This document shows positions 24,390 through 38,712 of a stretch of DNA of 64,000 nucleotides, in pieces. The notes below the pieces were generated by a model. That model worked only from the letters and a program-made list of their open reading frames with translations. It ran no database searches and was not told where the DNA came from. Source of the stretch: Felis catus (Eukaryota); the NCBI RefSeq assembly GCF_018350175.1, contig NC_058368.1, forward strand, positions 67,210,001-67,274,000, read 5' to 3'. The stretch's first letter is position 1. Each line of letters opens with the position of its first letter. The position numbers and the translations under genes are program-made.

Positions 24390-25460
24390 TGTATTAGATG
24401 CAATGCTTCCAGCTGAAAATTACTTTAACTCAATTAATGGGCTTACACAAAATGAATTATATCATCTCCATAGGCATAGTTGTTATAAGGATGATTCAAT
24501 AATATCTTTAGGGACCAAGATCCTTTCTTCTTTTCTGCTCTGTCATCCTTGGAATGTCAATTACTTTGCCTTTTGGTCACAAAAAGGCTGCAAAAGGGGC
24601 GCCTGGGTGGCGCAGTCGGTTGAGCGTCCGACTTCAGCCAGGTCACGATCTCGCGGTCCGTGAGTTCGAGCCCCGCGTCGGGCTCTGGGCTGATGGCTCA
24701 GAGCCTGGAGCCTGTTTCCGATTCTGTGTCTCCCTCTCTCTCTGCCCCTCCCCCGTTCATGCTCTGTCTCTCTCTGTCCCAAAAATAAATAAACGTTGAA
24801 AAACAAAAAGGCTGCAAAAGCTCCAAACATTGCATCATATCACATCAATATGTAGGCCGAAAAGGAAAGGAAAAGCCTACTACCTCTGACTTGTGTCTCT
24901 TTTTAAAAACAATTTAAATTATATTCCTAAAAAAATGTAAGCCAATTTGACAATAAATTATATTCATAATTTTTTTTTTAAACTTTCCTCAGAAGCGCCC
25001 CTGTAGCAAACTTATCTTCACATCTCGTTGGTTAAAGTTGGCTCACGTGTCCCTTCCTAAGTCAATAAGTGACAAGGGAATAGAAATCCTGAAAGGCCTA
25101 AGATTCATTTCCTGAGGTGGTTGGATGCACCTTTTCCTTTTTTTTTTTTTTCTTTTTTAAAAGTTATTTATTTATTTTGAGAGGTGGAGGGGGGCGCAGA
25201 GAGAGAGGTAGAGAGAGAGAATCCCAAGCAGGCTCTGGGCTGTCAGCACAGAGTTTGACACGGGGCTCAATCCTGCAAACCGTGAGATCATGACCTGAGC
25301 TGAAATCAGGAGTGGGATGCCTAACCGACTGAGCCACCCAGGCGCCTCTGGATGCATCTTTTTCTAAATCATAGGACCACATTCAGTATAGATACCAGAT
25401 CCAAACTGGAGCTGGGCCAGCAGGGAAGAAGGGTAACACCCAGCAGTGTCTTTTCACCAG
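24390..25460. mobile_element. MaLR (MLT1-type) LTR interrupted by SINEs and an L1 stub
   Basis: TGTATTAG start and MLT1J/H-like internal segments. Confidence 0.45.
24596..24803 (+). mobile_element. Young CAN-SINE
   Basis: TSD CAAAAAGGCTGCAAAAG. Confidence 0.95.
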
Positions 25461-26872
25461 CCCACTCGGCCAGATACCTGGCCCACCCCGCCAAGTGGAC
25501 TTAGCCACACAAGATTTTCACTCAGGAGCTAATGATGCAAAGGGGCAGTTCTGGGTAGAATCCACCCTTGCACAAGCAGTGTCACCACGGCCAGCTTCTA
25601 GAGGTGTGGAGATAAGAGCTCTAACAGGGCCTAGCATCCAGGAACGGTGTGAGGGGCCATGTCTGTGGCCAGTGGCAAGAGCAAGGGCATCTTTACAAAC
25701 CTAGCTGGGTGACCCAATCTCGGACATATTTCTCCTATGGACGCAACTTCCAATCCTGGTTGTCCCCCTTCTCAACATTTTGTGAACTATTCAAAAGCCT
25801 TTCATGTTTTTTCCCCCTTAAGTTAGTGGTTAGATTCTGTGGTAACTCTGAACCTGATCCCGATCACCAGTCCCTTTCTGAGGGGGGCTAGGTCAGACTG
25901 CAACGTGAAAAGACCGTGCAGAACTGGGATGTGCAAGTAGAGAACTTCACTTCAGTGATGCTATTTTACCGCTTAATTGTCCAGGAAATCCTCAGTTTGA
26001 ACTTTAACTTTCTTTTTTTTTTTTTTTTAATTTTTTTTTAACGTTTATTTATTTTTGAGACCGAGAGAGGCAGAGCATGAACTGGGGAGGGGCAGAGAGA
26101 GAGGGAGACACAGAATCTGAAACAGGCCCCGGGCTCTGAGCTGTCAGCACAGAGCCCGACGCGGGCTCGAACTCACAGACTGTGAGATCATGACCCGAGC
26201 TGAAGTCGGACGCTCAACCGACTGAGCCACCTAGGCGCCCCGAACTTTAACTTTCTTGCTTGGATAACACAGAGCTGAACTCAGAAGCTTCCACTCTGCT
26301 TTCAAGGCAGTTTTGTTTTAAATCCTGCAAAGGAAAGAGTAACCTGTGTACAGTGAGCAAGACAACTTCTTCTCTGTGGTTTGTAATGCCTCTCTCACTC
26401 TCACTCTCTCTCTGTGGTGGCCTCAGGGGATCTCTCTTCGAAGGCAAGATGAGGAGATTCCATACTGAAAGAGAGGGTCCCACAGTGGCCAGAGACCAGC
26501 TTTTCCCATTTCATAATAAAGCCAGGCTGCGGGTGCCACACTGAGTCCTCAGCAAGGATGTGGTCGCACCGGCCTACGTACAGGTCATTCGGGGATGTGA
26601 TGAATCTGTGTATTTGTCAGTGTTCGGATGCTATGGAGGAACATGTTACAGTGTACGTAGACTAAAGATAACATACTGACAGAACAGGATAGAGGTCTCT
26701 ACTGACCACGGCCGCTCATACCTAAGTATTATGGCCTGCAGTCTTGACCAGCCATTCTTAGGTAATCTTCACTGAGCTTCATAAGAGTAGGAGGCAACCA
26801 GACAGGTGTGAAGAAATACCCGTATGGAATTTTTTTGAATGTTTATTTGCTTTTGAGAGAGAGAGAAAGAGA

Positions 26873-26905
<33 letters not shown>

Positions 26906-27914
26906 CAGGAGAGGGCCAGAGACAGAGGAAAATACAGAACTCAAAGGAGGCTCCAGCCTCTTTCCAGGCGCTGTCAGCACAGAGCCTGATGCAAGGCTCG
27001 AACTCACAAACTGTGAGATCATGACCTGAACTGAAGTCGGACGCTTAACTGACTGAGCCACCCAGGCGCCCCAAGAAATACCCACGTGGAAAAGCCACAT
27101 GAACCGGTAGCAGGCTTAGGGCATCTTAAAGCATGCAGGTGCCTAGAGATGATTATGGGATGGACTGTGGCTTAAAGGACAAGGATGCCAGCATATGTTG
27201 TAGGAGCAAGGTCATGGGTCTGCAGATTCCTCCTCTTTCCACTGTGACAACGGAATTGGGTTCAAAATCTAATTCATTCACCAGGATGAGTAATTTCCAA
27301 ACCAGATTTCCGCTCAAAACAAACGTCCGCATAATGTCTAAACACGACTACCTCCATGTTCTCTGTATCAACCACTGACGATCGCTTCCGTGGAAGGTGT
27401 TCAAAGACTTAGTTTAAGTGGGCCGTGCTGGGTGGGTTCGGACTTAAGACAGCTGCATAAAAAGAGAGCATTGCCCACTAGCATGCAGAGTGTGCTGACC
27501 TGGTGTTTATGGACTGTCTTTGGTCTTTGTTTTGACCTTGTGGTGACAGCTAAGTCCTCCCGTGGGCAACGACACGTGAAAGTGAGTGGCGCAGACAGTG
27601 GCCATGAGACGTTTTGCTTTGTTTGAGTGCGTCCAGCCCTCACACAGAGTAAGGCTAACATCGTCTTCAACTTGGTTTTGCTAATTTTTCCAGCACATCA
27701 ATGATTCTGAACTCAAAGCAAATGTTTATCTTGAACATCTGAGTTAGGCAAGATTTTAGGGGAATCATTTTGTCATAGTTACAAGCAACCTGCATCTTCT
27801 ATGAAATAAATCTTATCTTGACATATTAATCACATTGTTCTAAAGACTCCAATCTGTCGTCGCGAACAAATATGCGCCTTTATTTTCTATAATAATTTTA
27901 AAGTGGCATAGATC

Positions 27915-28075
27915 CGTGCCTTGCAAACTTTTCATGTTTACACAAATCACCTGGGACTCTTGTTAAAATGTTAATTCTGATTTAGTAGGTCTGGGTTGGG
28001 GCCTGAGAATCAGCATTTCTCATCCTCTCCCAAGTGATGTTAAAGCTGCCGGTTCATGGGCCATATGGGGTAGGC
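27915..28075. mobile_element. MER5A (hAT-Charlie)
   Basis: AATCACCTGGG...TTGTTAAAATG...GTAGGTCTGGGTTGGGGCCTGAGAAT. Confidence 0.7.
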
Positions 28076-29482
28076 GGCATTTTATCTATCTTTAATCATT
28101 ATTTCAAATGAGATTTTAAAAACTGTCCAAAATTAAAACAGTGGCTATTAACGTTTTCCTCTTGCTACGAGGATGTCTTATTTTGTTTAGAATATATTAA
28201 ATAAAAACTTTGGTCTCTGTAGTTATCAGTCTCTTTCTTAAGATGAATAGTACTTATTAGCACAGGAATCTGGGAACTTTATCTGATAAAGAAAACCTTT
28301 GTTTACTTGATCTCCAAAATCAGGCCAGGGGCCAGCATTTGTGTAAAGCTGATTTAGGTTTCCATGGCAATTCACAGCTTTGCCACTTTTGCTGCTAGGT
28401 GGGAGAGGAAAACTCCAGAATAGCTTCTGTTTTTGTTTGTTTCCTCGGCTTGCAGCCTGCCGGGACACAACGGCTGACGTCCATATTGTGCCTACCAGCT
28501 CACACCGGGCCAAGGTGGATGTTAAAGCCCTTTGTGGGCTAAACCCTGTGAGACAGCTTCTTACCACTTCCCTATTATGTGCGTGTTGTTTTATCAGAGG
28601 ATTCCTCTTCCCCTTCAACAGTTTCTGATGGGATCTTCTGCTTCCTTGAACAGCTTCTGAGGTTCTCCGGGCCTGTTGTCTGATCTTGTGGTCACACGCT
28701 CATCTGTCTAATCTCTCTTGTCTTCTTGAGCACCGATGGGAACGGCCAGTGTTGGGAACTTCCCTGTATTACTGGAAGGAAAGGCGCCTTCACACAATAG
28801 CACGATGTCATCTCTGTGTCCCCATAATGCCCTTGGTATCACGTTGCTCTTCCTCCTTCACCGCTTGGCATGGAAGAAATAGAAGGCCACACCAAGTGCA
28901 AAAAGGAACAAGAGAATGGAATTCTTGAGTTTTGAGTTTGAAGGGCACCGGTGCTGGCATGAGCAGTGTAGTTTGCAAGAACAGCCAATCAAGTGTTCCT
29001 CCATGGAGAGATTAAAACCCAGAGCAAACGCTTGGGAACTAGAGGCAGAGAGTTGGAGATCCCTGTCACCAACTGTCACCACCTCCACACCTCCAGGGAG
29101 AGGGGAGAGTGAGGGGGTAGAACCCATCTGAGTGTGGCTCGTGCCTCGCCTCCTGATATGAGCCAGTGAGCTGCCAGCTTGGCCAAGGAGAATCCCGTGC
29201 CATCAGCGTGTGTTATGAGTAAGTCATTTCCAGCTTGGGTCTAGAAAAATCAGCAAGGGCGGGGCAGAAGGCTTACAGGGGTCTGTTAGCCAGGAGAAGA
29301 GAGCGAGATAGAAGAAGATGAAGCATAAATTGTCCACCTGGGGAGTGGATGAAGACCCAGTTACATCCTTCCTTTGAAATCCATAGCAGAGTCGATTTAA
29401 AAAACAAAGTAAATTTTATTTATTTATTCATTTATTTATTTGTACCTATTTATTTTGAGAGAGAGAGAGAGAGCAGGGACAG

Positions 29483-29534
<52 letters not shown>

Positions 29535-31214
29535 CCCAAGCAGGATCCATACTGTCAGTACAGAGCCCAATGCGGGGCTCGGACTCACGAGACATGAGAT
29601 TGTGACCTGAGCTGAGAGCCAAGAGTCAGACGACTGAGTTAACTGACTGAGCCACCCAGACTCCCCAAAAAGCATCTGCCCTGGAAAGCTGAAAATAAGA
29701 CTTTGGTAACATTTAAGGAACAGCAACAGATAAAGATAGCTCTTTAGATAATAAATGCTCTTTAGAAGATAAATGAGCTCTTCTTAAATCCAGATAATCT
29801 GATTTACACTTAGGTTAGAATCTATCACCTCTGTTCTTCATCCTCCACGTTATAAACACAGAGACACTGTTGCCTTGTTGATGATGCCATCTTAGCCCAT
29901 CACCTAGAAGCCCCCTGGTTCTCTATGCACCCTAATATCTAGGCTCTGTCCCCTCCATTTAACTAATATCCAATCTTCTTCCTCAAAAGAAGGACACGTG
30001 GATTATCACTCATTTCAGGAAACTAACTAACTAACTAAAAACAAAAAATATTATATCAACACCTTCCCTATATGAGACCTTCTGGGATAAGAAAAGGAAT
30101 TAGTTTGCTTCTCTTCATGAGGATTGCCTTCAGGGTAACAAAGGTAATAATCATTAAAGGTAAAGTGTCCCTTTAATAGCCTAGCAGGCCATGCTGTGGT
30201 GGAACAGGAAGAAATCGAACCCTCTTCGCCCAGCAATAAGGTGTGCTATTTCCTAGAGACCTAGCTATAAGGGAGAAGCACCGGTTAGTTAAGGAAATTA
30301 TTTGTTTCTTAAATATGAGTGTAGTCTGCATTGTTTCGTTGAGAGGTGATGTCTCCCCTCAGAAATTTGTGCCTCACCTCCTGATAAAAGCTAGGTGAGT
30401 TTTATAGACCAACTCGTTCTTTCAAATCAAAGAGTTAAAGAAACAGACACTCACAAACCTCTCAGAGGTGGGATTCTTGAAGGAAATCCATCATCCTGGA
30501 TGGATACCGATACCCACACTAGACCCAAAAGCCAATGACATCAGAGCATTTTCTCTCTCAGACACCCCTATGCCACTGACCTGTGGCCTGAAAAAATGTC
30601 CCACCACCCTAAGACTGAGTGGTTTAGACTTAATACTTGCACTACTAGCTAGGGGAGGGTAAATCTATTTAGGTGACGATGAGGTGTCTCTATGAGGATG
30701 GTTTCCCGAAGGAGATGGGTAGAGAGTCACATGAAGAGAACTGAAGAAGGGCCCTCAACAAAACTCAAGAGTAAGGAGAACAGTGTTGGCACTGGAAGTT
30801 ACCACCAAGGGACCTTTGGTGAATGGCTGGATTAAATAATTTCCATTTTATAGTTTTGGGGAAAGACAAGTGGTGAAAAACTTTAGCCGTTCCTCTCCTG
30901 CACTGAAATACTCTTGAACTTGTTCTAACTTTTGAGTTAACAGAATTAGAAGGTCCCCTCCCAGTGTAGTGTTGCAGTTTTAGGGAGGCTAAGAGCACAA
31001 GATGGTGAAATGGGAAGGGAGAAACAATCTCCCCCCTCTACTCACTGACCTGCTGGGAACAGAGTATCAATCTTTCAAGTGGACCATGACTCAGAAACTC
31101 CAGTGTGGACCAACAGTTCCGTGAAGGGTGACAGAGCACGGAGGTGAAGGGAAAATTCCACATATTATCAGGGAGCTCTCTTTAGTGTACAACTCAAGAA
31201 TTTTTGTAGGAATG

Positions 31215-31750
31215 ACTCAGTTATCTATTACTACATAACAAATCACCCCAAGACATCTGTGTTTTTTTTTTAATTTTTTTTTTCAACGTTTATTTATTTT
31301 TGGGACAGAGAGAGACAGAGCATGAACGGGGGAGGGGCACAGAGAGACGGAGACACAGAATCGGAAACAGGCTCCAGGCTCTGAGCCATCAGCCCAGAGC
31401 CCGACGCGGGGCTCGAACTCACGGACCGCGAGATCATGACCTGGCTGAAGTCGGACGCTTAACCGACTGCGCCACCCAGGCGCCCCAAGACATCTGTGTT
31501 TTAAAATAATGGTTACTCGTTGGTTTTGTTTGTTTGTTTTGTTTAGTACAATTGTCAGGGTTGATTAGGCAGTTTTGTTGCTGGCTTCACTTGGGCTCAC
31601 CCATACACCTGCAGATGGCCAGAGGCCAAGATGGCACCCCTTACATTGTAGCCTGAACCAGGATGGCTGGAAGAGATGGAATGGCCAGGTTTCTCTCACC
31701 CTGTGGACTTTCATCTCGGGCTACTTCACAGCATGGTGCTCAGAGACGGG
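31215..31750. mobile_element. MaLR (MLT1-type) LTR interrupted by a young SINE
   Basis: TCAGTTATCTATTACTACATAACAAATCACCCCAA is a typical MLT1 end. Confidence 0.55.
31265..31486 (-). mobile_element. Young CAN-SINE
   Basis: TSD AAGACATCTGTGTTTT. Confidence 0.95.
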
Positions 31751-32340
31751 TTCTCTGATGCAGTAACCTTTGAGCTGAGGTCTTCTAAAGGATTACAAGA
31801 ATGTATTAAGTAGGTAAAAGTAGGGGATTGGTTCATAGGAGGGAGGGAAGAACATGTACGAGACCCTTGAGGTAGGAGGAAGTACAGTGAAACCTTGGAC
31901 TGCAAGTAACTTGCTCTGCAAGTGTTCTGCAAGACGAGTAACGTTTCTAACAAATTTTAACTTGATAAATGAGTGACGTCTTGCAATCCACGTACTACGT
32001 GATGCCGAATGTCACATGATCACCACTGAGCCAATGGTGCTTTCTAGAAAAAAAAAAACAGCGGTGGGTGGGGATAAAATCAGTTTGGTTACTGAACAGG
32101 ATACAAGAAAAGAGGGCAAGTGGGTGCCAGATCAGCAATTCAAGGAGCTAAGAATTTTCTTTTTTAATCTTCGTATTAAGAATAATGGGAAGGCACTGAG
32201 AATTTTTAAGCATGACCTGATTTGCTTTTTCAAGAAAAAAAGCATGGTCAGGTATCTGGCTGGCTTAGTCAGTACAGCATGTGACTCTTGATCTCAGAGT
32301 CATGAGGTGGAGCCCTACACTGGGGTAGAGTTTAATCTGA

Positions 32341-32356
32341 AAAAGAAAGAAAGAAA

Positions 32357-32389
<33 letters not shown>

Positions 32390-32400
32390 AGAGAAGAAAG
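32341..32400. repeat. (GAAA)n tetranucleotide from a SINE tail
   Basis: Seen directly. Confidence 0.9.
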
Positions 32401-32444
32401 AGCGAGCGTGGGTATATATGTGAGGTATTGCAAGGGGCTAGAAA

Positions 32445-32665
32445 TAGGTTTTCTCAACCTCAGCCCTATTTACATTTTGGACTAGGTAATTCTTTTTGGT
32501 GGGGGTCTTGTCCTGTATGTTGCAGAATGTTTAGCAGCATCTCTGACCTCTACTCACTGGGTGCCAGTAGTACCCTTCCCCTCAAAGTTGTGACAACCAA
32601 AAATGTGTCCAGACTTTGCCAGATGTCCCCACAGGGCCAAATCGCCTGCCATTTGAGAAACACAA
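32445..32665. mobile_element. MER20
   Basis: GTTTAGCAGCATCTCTGACCTC...GTGACAACCAAAAATGTGTCCAGAC. Confidence 0.8.
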
Positions 32666-32742
32666 GTAATGAATGCAGGGCTCCTGTGGCCACTATTGCT
32701 GCCGCGCAGGAGAGAAATGTTCATCGCTGGGGACTTGGGTGG

Positions 32743-32842
32743 NNNNNNNNNNNNNNNNNNNNNNNNNNNNNNNNNNNNNNNNNNNNNNNNNNNNNNNNNN
32801 NNNNNNNNNNNNNNNNNNNNNNNNNNNNNNNNNNNNNNNNNN
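32743..32842. other. Assembly gap (100 N)
   Basis: Exactly 100 Ns, the usual placeholder for a gap of unknown size. Confidence 0.99.
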
Positions 32843-35574
32843 CGTGAAGACCTGAGAGCTGGGGAGAGTCCTGGCTGATTACAGGCCTGTTCTGTTCCGC
32901 CCGGGGTTCCAGAGCGCAACACTGAGATGGGGGTGGGGTGGGGGGGGGGGGATAGACCTGAAGGAAGTAAAGAGAATCAATCTGCACAGCACTCTGTTCC
33001 TCTCGCGGGCAGAAGGACACCCACCATAGTCACAGAATGTAGTCTCTGCTCGCGTCTAGGAAAAACTGACTACTTTGTCACTGAGGCGATGGAGGCCTTC
33101 ACACACGCAGTTCTCAATTTGCATTGTTGTTTTGTTTTGTTTTGTTTTTAAATATTTTAAGTAACCGCTACATCCAATGTGGGGCCTCGGATTATAATCC
33201 TGAGATCAAGAATCGCATGGCTGAGCCAGCCAGGCGCCCCTCCATATGCACTGTTATGAATGTTTCTATGATTTCCTATTTCTTCTCCCCCAGCATTTTA
33301 GTTTGGAAATTTTTCAAGCCAGAGAAGTTGAAATTATGACACAAACAACCTTCAGGCCGGACACCTTCATCCGTATTCACCAAACACTGACATCTTGCTT
33401 TATATACTTGATTTGCTTTATGTGCTTATTTTTCAGAACCATTGGAAAGTAAGCTGCTGACGCCTCAACCTTATTCCTACTTCTTTTTTTTTAAATGTTT
33501 ATTTATTTATATTTGATTGAGAGAGAGAGAGTGTGTGTGTGAGTGGGCTGGGTGGGTAGGGGGGAGCAGAGAGGGAGAGAGAGAATCCCAAGCAGGCTCC
33601 TCGCCGTCAGCGCAGAGCCGATGTGGGACTCCATCCCACGAACTAGTGAGAACATGACCTGAGCTGAACCCAAAAGTCGACCGAGCCACACAGGTGCCCC
33701 TAAGTATGTCTGTCCACCTAAGAACAAGGACATTTTTCTTACATTACCACAGTGGCACTCTCACACCTGAGGAACATATCATTGCTACACTAATGGTGTC
33801 TATATAGCCAATCTATAGATTTTCTGGATTATTCCAATGATGTGTCCATGTGCAGCCTTTAAAAAAAAAGTCAGTCCAGTTCAGGATCTAGTCAAGGATT
33901 TACACTGCTTTAGTTTTCAGGTCTCTTAAGCCTGCTTTCACTTAAGCAGAACTTCTGCCTGGGCCTCACACAGAGGTATGTGATGTTTGATCTGCTCTAA
34001 TTTAAAGCAATTTTATGTCTTTAGAAACTGAAGCAATAGGTTTTCATCTGAAGATTGAAAAATGTAAGGTATTAGCTTGTGTGTTTCATATCAAAGACTT
34101 TTTAAAAATATCTATGTATTTCTTTTGTGGAAGAGACAGAGAGCACATGCAAGTAGGGGAGGGGCAGAGAGGGAGGGAGAGAGAGAATCCCAAGCAGGCT
34201 CCACCTTGTCAGAGCAAAGCCCATTGTGGGGCCGGAACCCACGAACTGTGAGACCATTACCTGAGCTGAAGTCAGACACTTAACTGACTGAGACACCCAT
34301 GGGCCTCTCGTATCAAAGACTTTTTATAATATTATGATTACCATTCTTTAACAGAACTGATGTGCTCAAAGATGCTTTGTTGAAGGTAGCTTTTTAAAAA
34401 TGTTCCTTCTGGGAAAAAAATATGATGTCTGGCTTTAATAAAATTTCTATCAAAACCACCATGTCCTGGGGCACCTAAGTGGCTCAGTTGGTTGAGTGCC
34501 CGACTCTTAATTTCGGCTCGGGTCATGATGCCAGTTTGTGGGATCAAGCCCCACATTGGGCTCCAGGATGAGTGTGGAGCCTGTTTAAGATTCTCTCTTT
34601 CTCCCTCTGCCCTTCTCCCCTGCTTACACTCTCTCTCAAAAAAAAAAAAAAAATCATAAAAAACCGCGTCCTTATTGTCTTCTAAAAATGATATTCATAT
34701 ACAAAATCTTTCTGATAAAACTAACAATAAAAATTATTTACTATTAAAAAAAAGCAGAAAGAGAGGACTTTCCTACCAGATATTAGGATATATGTAGACA
34801 TGGAAGTAATAAATATGGGATAGTTTCTATTACCAGTAGAAGAATACACAAATGGACCAGTAAATTGGAATAGAGACATAGGACCATGTGCTTACACGAG
34901 AACTTAATACGGGATGAAAGTCACAATGATAATGAGAAAAGCTTGGATTGTTTAGCAGGTGGAGGAGGGGATGGGCTCGTTACATGGAAACAAATAAAAC
35001 CGGATCCTTACCTTGAATCACGAAATGACAGACTCCAGATACACTTCACCTGTGGGTGAAAGGCGCATTTCCATAGTTACGTATTTGAAATGCATATAGC
35101 CAGATGTGCTTTGGAATTCAAACATTTTCAGATTTAAAAGGGCAAGATGGTATATATACCATACATATTACATAATACCCCAACGGGATCTCGGGTAGCA
35201 TCCCACAGTCAGACACTTCAGTATTTCTGTAGTAAATCATATAAAGACTAAAGTAGACTCAGCTTGGTTCCAGCAGCACTTTGCTGGGCTGAGTATCCAA
35301 ATCTACCTTTTTGCCTTCTCCACCTTGCTCTCTGCCTGGGAGGTAGTCTCTCTGGACCTCACCACAGGTTCCCCTACCCTCTGGCAGAAAGAAGAGGAGG
35401 GAAGGGTGGGGTTTCCCAGGCCAGCTCTGGCTCGTCTTCCCACCGAAGGACCTAGTTTTGGTAAGGTGGCCTTCTCCGCAACACCTCTCACCTGATTCCA
35501 GGAATCATGCCCTTCCCCTCACCTCTTGTGACCATGGCACCATACTATCTCACCTGGGCTGTCTACACCATTGT

Positions 35575-35765
35575 CCCTGTCTGGGAGCAACCGCCAATGT
35601 CTGGGCACACTCTGGGTTGTCGGGACTGTTGGTGTGGGCATACTACAGGCGTCGCAGAGAGCAGGGCTGCTGCTGAACATCCTACAAGGCACAGGACAGC
35701 TCCTCACAAAGTAGAATTATTGTTTGGCCCAAAATGTCAATAGTGCTGAGGTTGAGAACCCCGTT
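35575..35765. mobile_element. MER20 (opposite orientation)
   Basis: ...GCTGCTGAACATCCTACA...CCCAAAATGTCAATAGTGCTGAGGTTGAGAACCCC. Confidence 0.75.
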
Positions 35766-36723
35766 CTACACTTTAAATAAAGTCCCTTATTTTTTTTTAA
35801 ATTTTTTTTAATGTTTATTTTTGAGACAGAGAGAGACAGAGCATGAATGGGGGAGGGGCAGAGAGAGAGGGAGACACAGAATCGGAAGCAGGCTCCAGGC
35901 TCTGAGCTGTCAGCACAGAGCCTGACGCGGGGCTCGAACTCACGGACCATGAGATCATGACCTGAGCCGAAGTCGGACGCTTAACCGACTGAGCCACCCA
36001 GGCACCCTAAAGTCCCTTATTAAAGTCCTCTCAAATTACCCCGTGTGAATGTGCCATCCGTTTCTAGCTGATGGACACGGTGCCAGGTTTGTGAAAGTCT
36101 GGAATACTAGATTTCAGAATTGTGCACCAGAGATTATGAACTGCAAAAGAATACACAGGGGGACATCTTGCTATTCTAGGGCAATGAAGGACTCTAAGCA
36201 GAACTTGAAAAGCACAGAATACAGAGGAACGTGATCCCATTAAAATTGTGAGGCTGATGGTCTCAGGAAGGACACCACGGACAAATGAAGGGATGCCAGG
36301 TTGGGGGAAGAGACAGGAAATGTGTAATACTGGTAAGGGGCTACTCTTCAGAGTATAAAAGAAATGCCTGCAAATCATATAGGAATCCTAAAGGAAAAAT
36401 GGGCAAAGTCAGAAGAGGAAAAAACTAAAAGGTTAAAAGCATGTGAAGTGATGCTCAAATTCAAGTTTCCAGATAAATGCAAATTGAAGCAGTGGTATCA
36501 CTTTATACCACTAATCTGCCAAAAATGTAGAGGTTGCATAATGCTAAGTGTTGGCAGGGATGCAGGGACACACAGAGACTCCCGTGTCATATGAAGGGGG
36601 AATGGGGATTTCAAAAGAACAAATTAAGAGAGCAGCTTCATACAGGGCAGAGAAGATGTTAGATCACGAATGAGGTGTAGGACTAACCCAACCTTCTGCA
36701 TCTAAAATCAGAAATGAAAGGGA

Positions 36724-36780
36724 GCACGCGCGCACACACGCACACGCGCGCACACACGCGCACACACACACACACACACG
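36724..36780. repeat. Mixed (CG)/(CA) alternating purine-pyrimidine tract
   Basis: GCACGCGCGCACACACGCAC...CACACG, 57 bp. Confidence 0.95.
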
Positions 36781-38712
36781 ATGAAGTTAGGAGAGACAGA
36801 AAAGAGGAGGAAGGAAGGGAGGGAAGAAGGAAGGAAGGACAAAAAGAATCTGCACATCTTAGCTTGTTAGAGCAAGGTACTAAAAGCTGATGGGAGGCAG
36901 AAACCGCGTGTGATTCAGCCGGAGGGACCGCGAGCAGGGTGTTCGGAAGCCTGCCTTCTGCTGGTGACTGTCGCAAGGCGCGGAGAACACGTGGTCCCGC
37001 CCTCTTCAGGTCCAGGTGCGCAGACCAGTCTCTTCCGGCAAGAATTTACTTCCCTTTGGGGGCGCCTGGGTGGCTCAGTCGGTTAAGCAGCCGACTTCGG
37101 CTCAGGTCATGATCTCGCGGTCCGTGAGTTCGAGCCCCGCGTCGGGCTCTGTGCTGACAGCTCGGAGCCTGGAGCCTGTTTCAGATTCTGTGTCTCCCTC
37201 TCTCTGACCCTCCCCCGTTCATGCTCTGTCTCAAAAATAAATAAACGTTAAAAAAAAATAATAAAAAATAAAAAAAGAATTTACTTCCTTTTGCAGGTAG
37301 GTGGCAGTGTGAGAGGAAGGAGGGTAGGAACAGGAAATATGCTGGCCCCGTGACAGGAGATACTGTTTGATTTTGAAAAATGAAAATTCATTAAGTTTCC
37401 TCCACCCTCCCTCACCCCAATAAAAGCTGAAAACCTGGAACGATTTGTTTCTCCAACGCTGAGAGTGTCCACGGGACCCAGGGGCATTCAGTGCTAAAAC
37501 GTAGAAGGACTGGGCAAACCAGAAGGATTGGTTGGTGTCTCTAATCTCAGGATCTTCATTTTTCTAGGAAGAATCATAACAGCAATAAATGATGTATATT
37601 TAGCACTTTCTCTGTGCTCTACATGTATAATGTCATAATCCTCAAACCAACTTAGAAAGGAGGTATTTGTGATATAAATTTATTAGTCTGGAAGAGCTCA
37701 CGGATTCCACCACCCCCCCTTCAATCACAGATGTGTTCACAACACCTTGACAGTCCTCTAGGTGTTTTGTGATTTAAACAGACTTTTTCTCATATGTCTG
37801 TCTTTGCAGGCTTAGTTCTTTTTATTTTTCTATGGTTAATTACAGTGGACTCTTCCCCCTACCTCCACCTGCAATTATGCTTCCAATTCCAGGAAGCTTT
37901 ACACATGATCAAAAAAACATTTAAAGTTTGGTGTCTCTTAGTAACTTTGACAATGGGATAGTGAACAAAATTTGGTTGAATTCTTCCAGAGAAATAATTT
38001 CTTCTTTTCTCCCCAGAAGAAGGTAAACTCAAAACACTTGCAGACTAACCCAAGTGGTACGTCTCTTTTTTGTTTGTTTCTCAGATTCTAATCCTGTAAA
38101 TCTTTATGCCAAAAAGGAGACTTTAAAATGTATTTACATCTGAAAAGAAATCAAAGTGCACAAAATTCTGGCAAAGTAAGAGACAAATAACTATTTATAG
38201 ACAGAATTATTTAATTTTTATTGCTAGTTATTGGAAGAATGTTTTATAGTGTCCTAATTAAGCCCTGGAGTCAAGATATTGGCAAAAGAGTTTTAAGAAA
38301 TCAGTTGAAATCTTATTATATTTATTTTATTTAAGTTTATTTATTTTGAGAGAGACAGAGAGAGAGAGCGAGAGAGCACAAACAGGGGAAGGGCAGAGAG
38401 TGGGGGGCAGAAGATCTGAAGCAGGCTTTGTGTGGACAGCAGAGAGCCTGACTTGAGGCTTGAACTCACAAACTGCAAGATCATGACCTGAGCCAAAGTC
38501 AAGTGTTTAACTGACTAAGCCACCCAGGCACCCATAAAATCTTATTTTAATGATACAAGAAATAGGTGGAGTGTTTTTGGGTGGTTTTTCATTTTAAATT
38601 GCAGGATTTTCATCTTAAATGTAGAATCAGGCATACCTTTTCTGGGAATTTAACTCACAGTGTGATGAAGAAAAATATAATGTACTGAAAAAGAAGTTTA
38701 TTGGACTATTTT

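Noticed and set aside
32428..33020. ORFs spanning the gap
   Set aside because: Artefacts of Ns and MER20.
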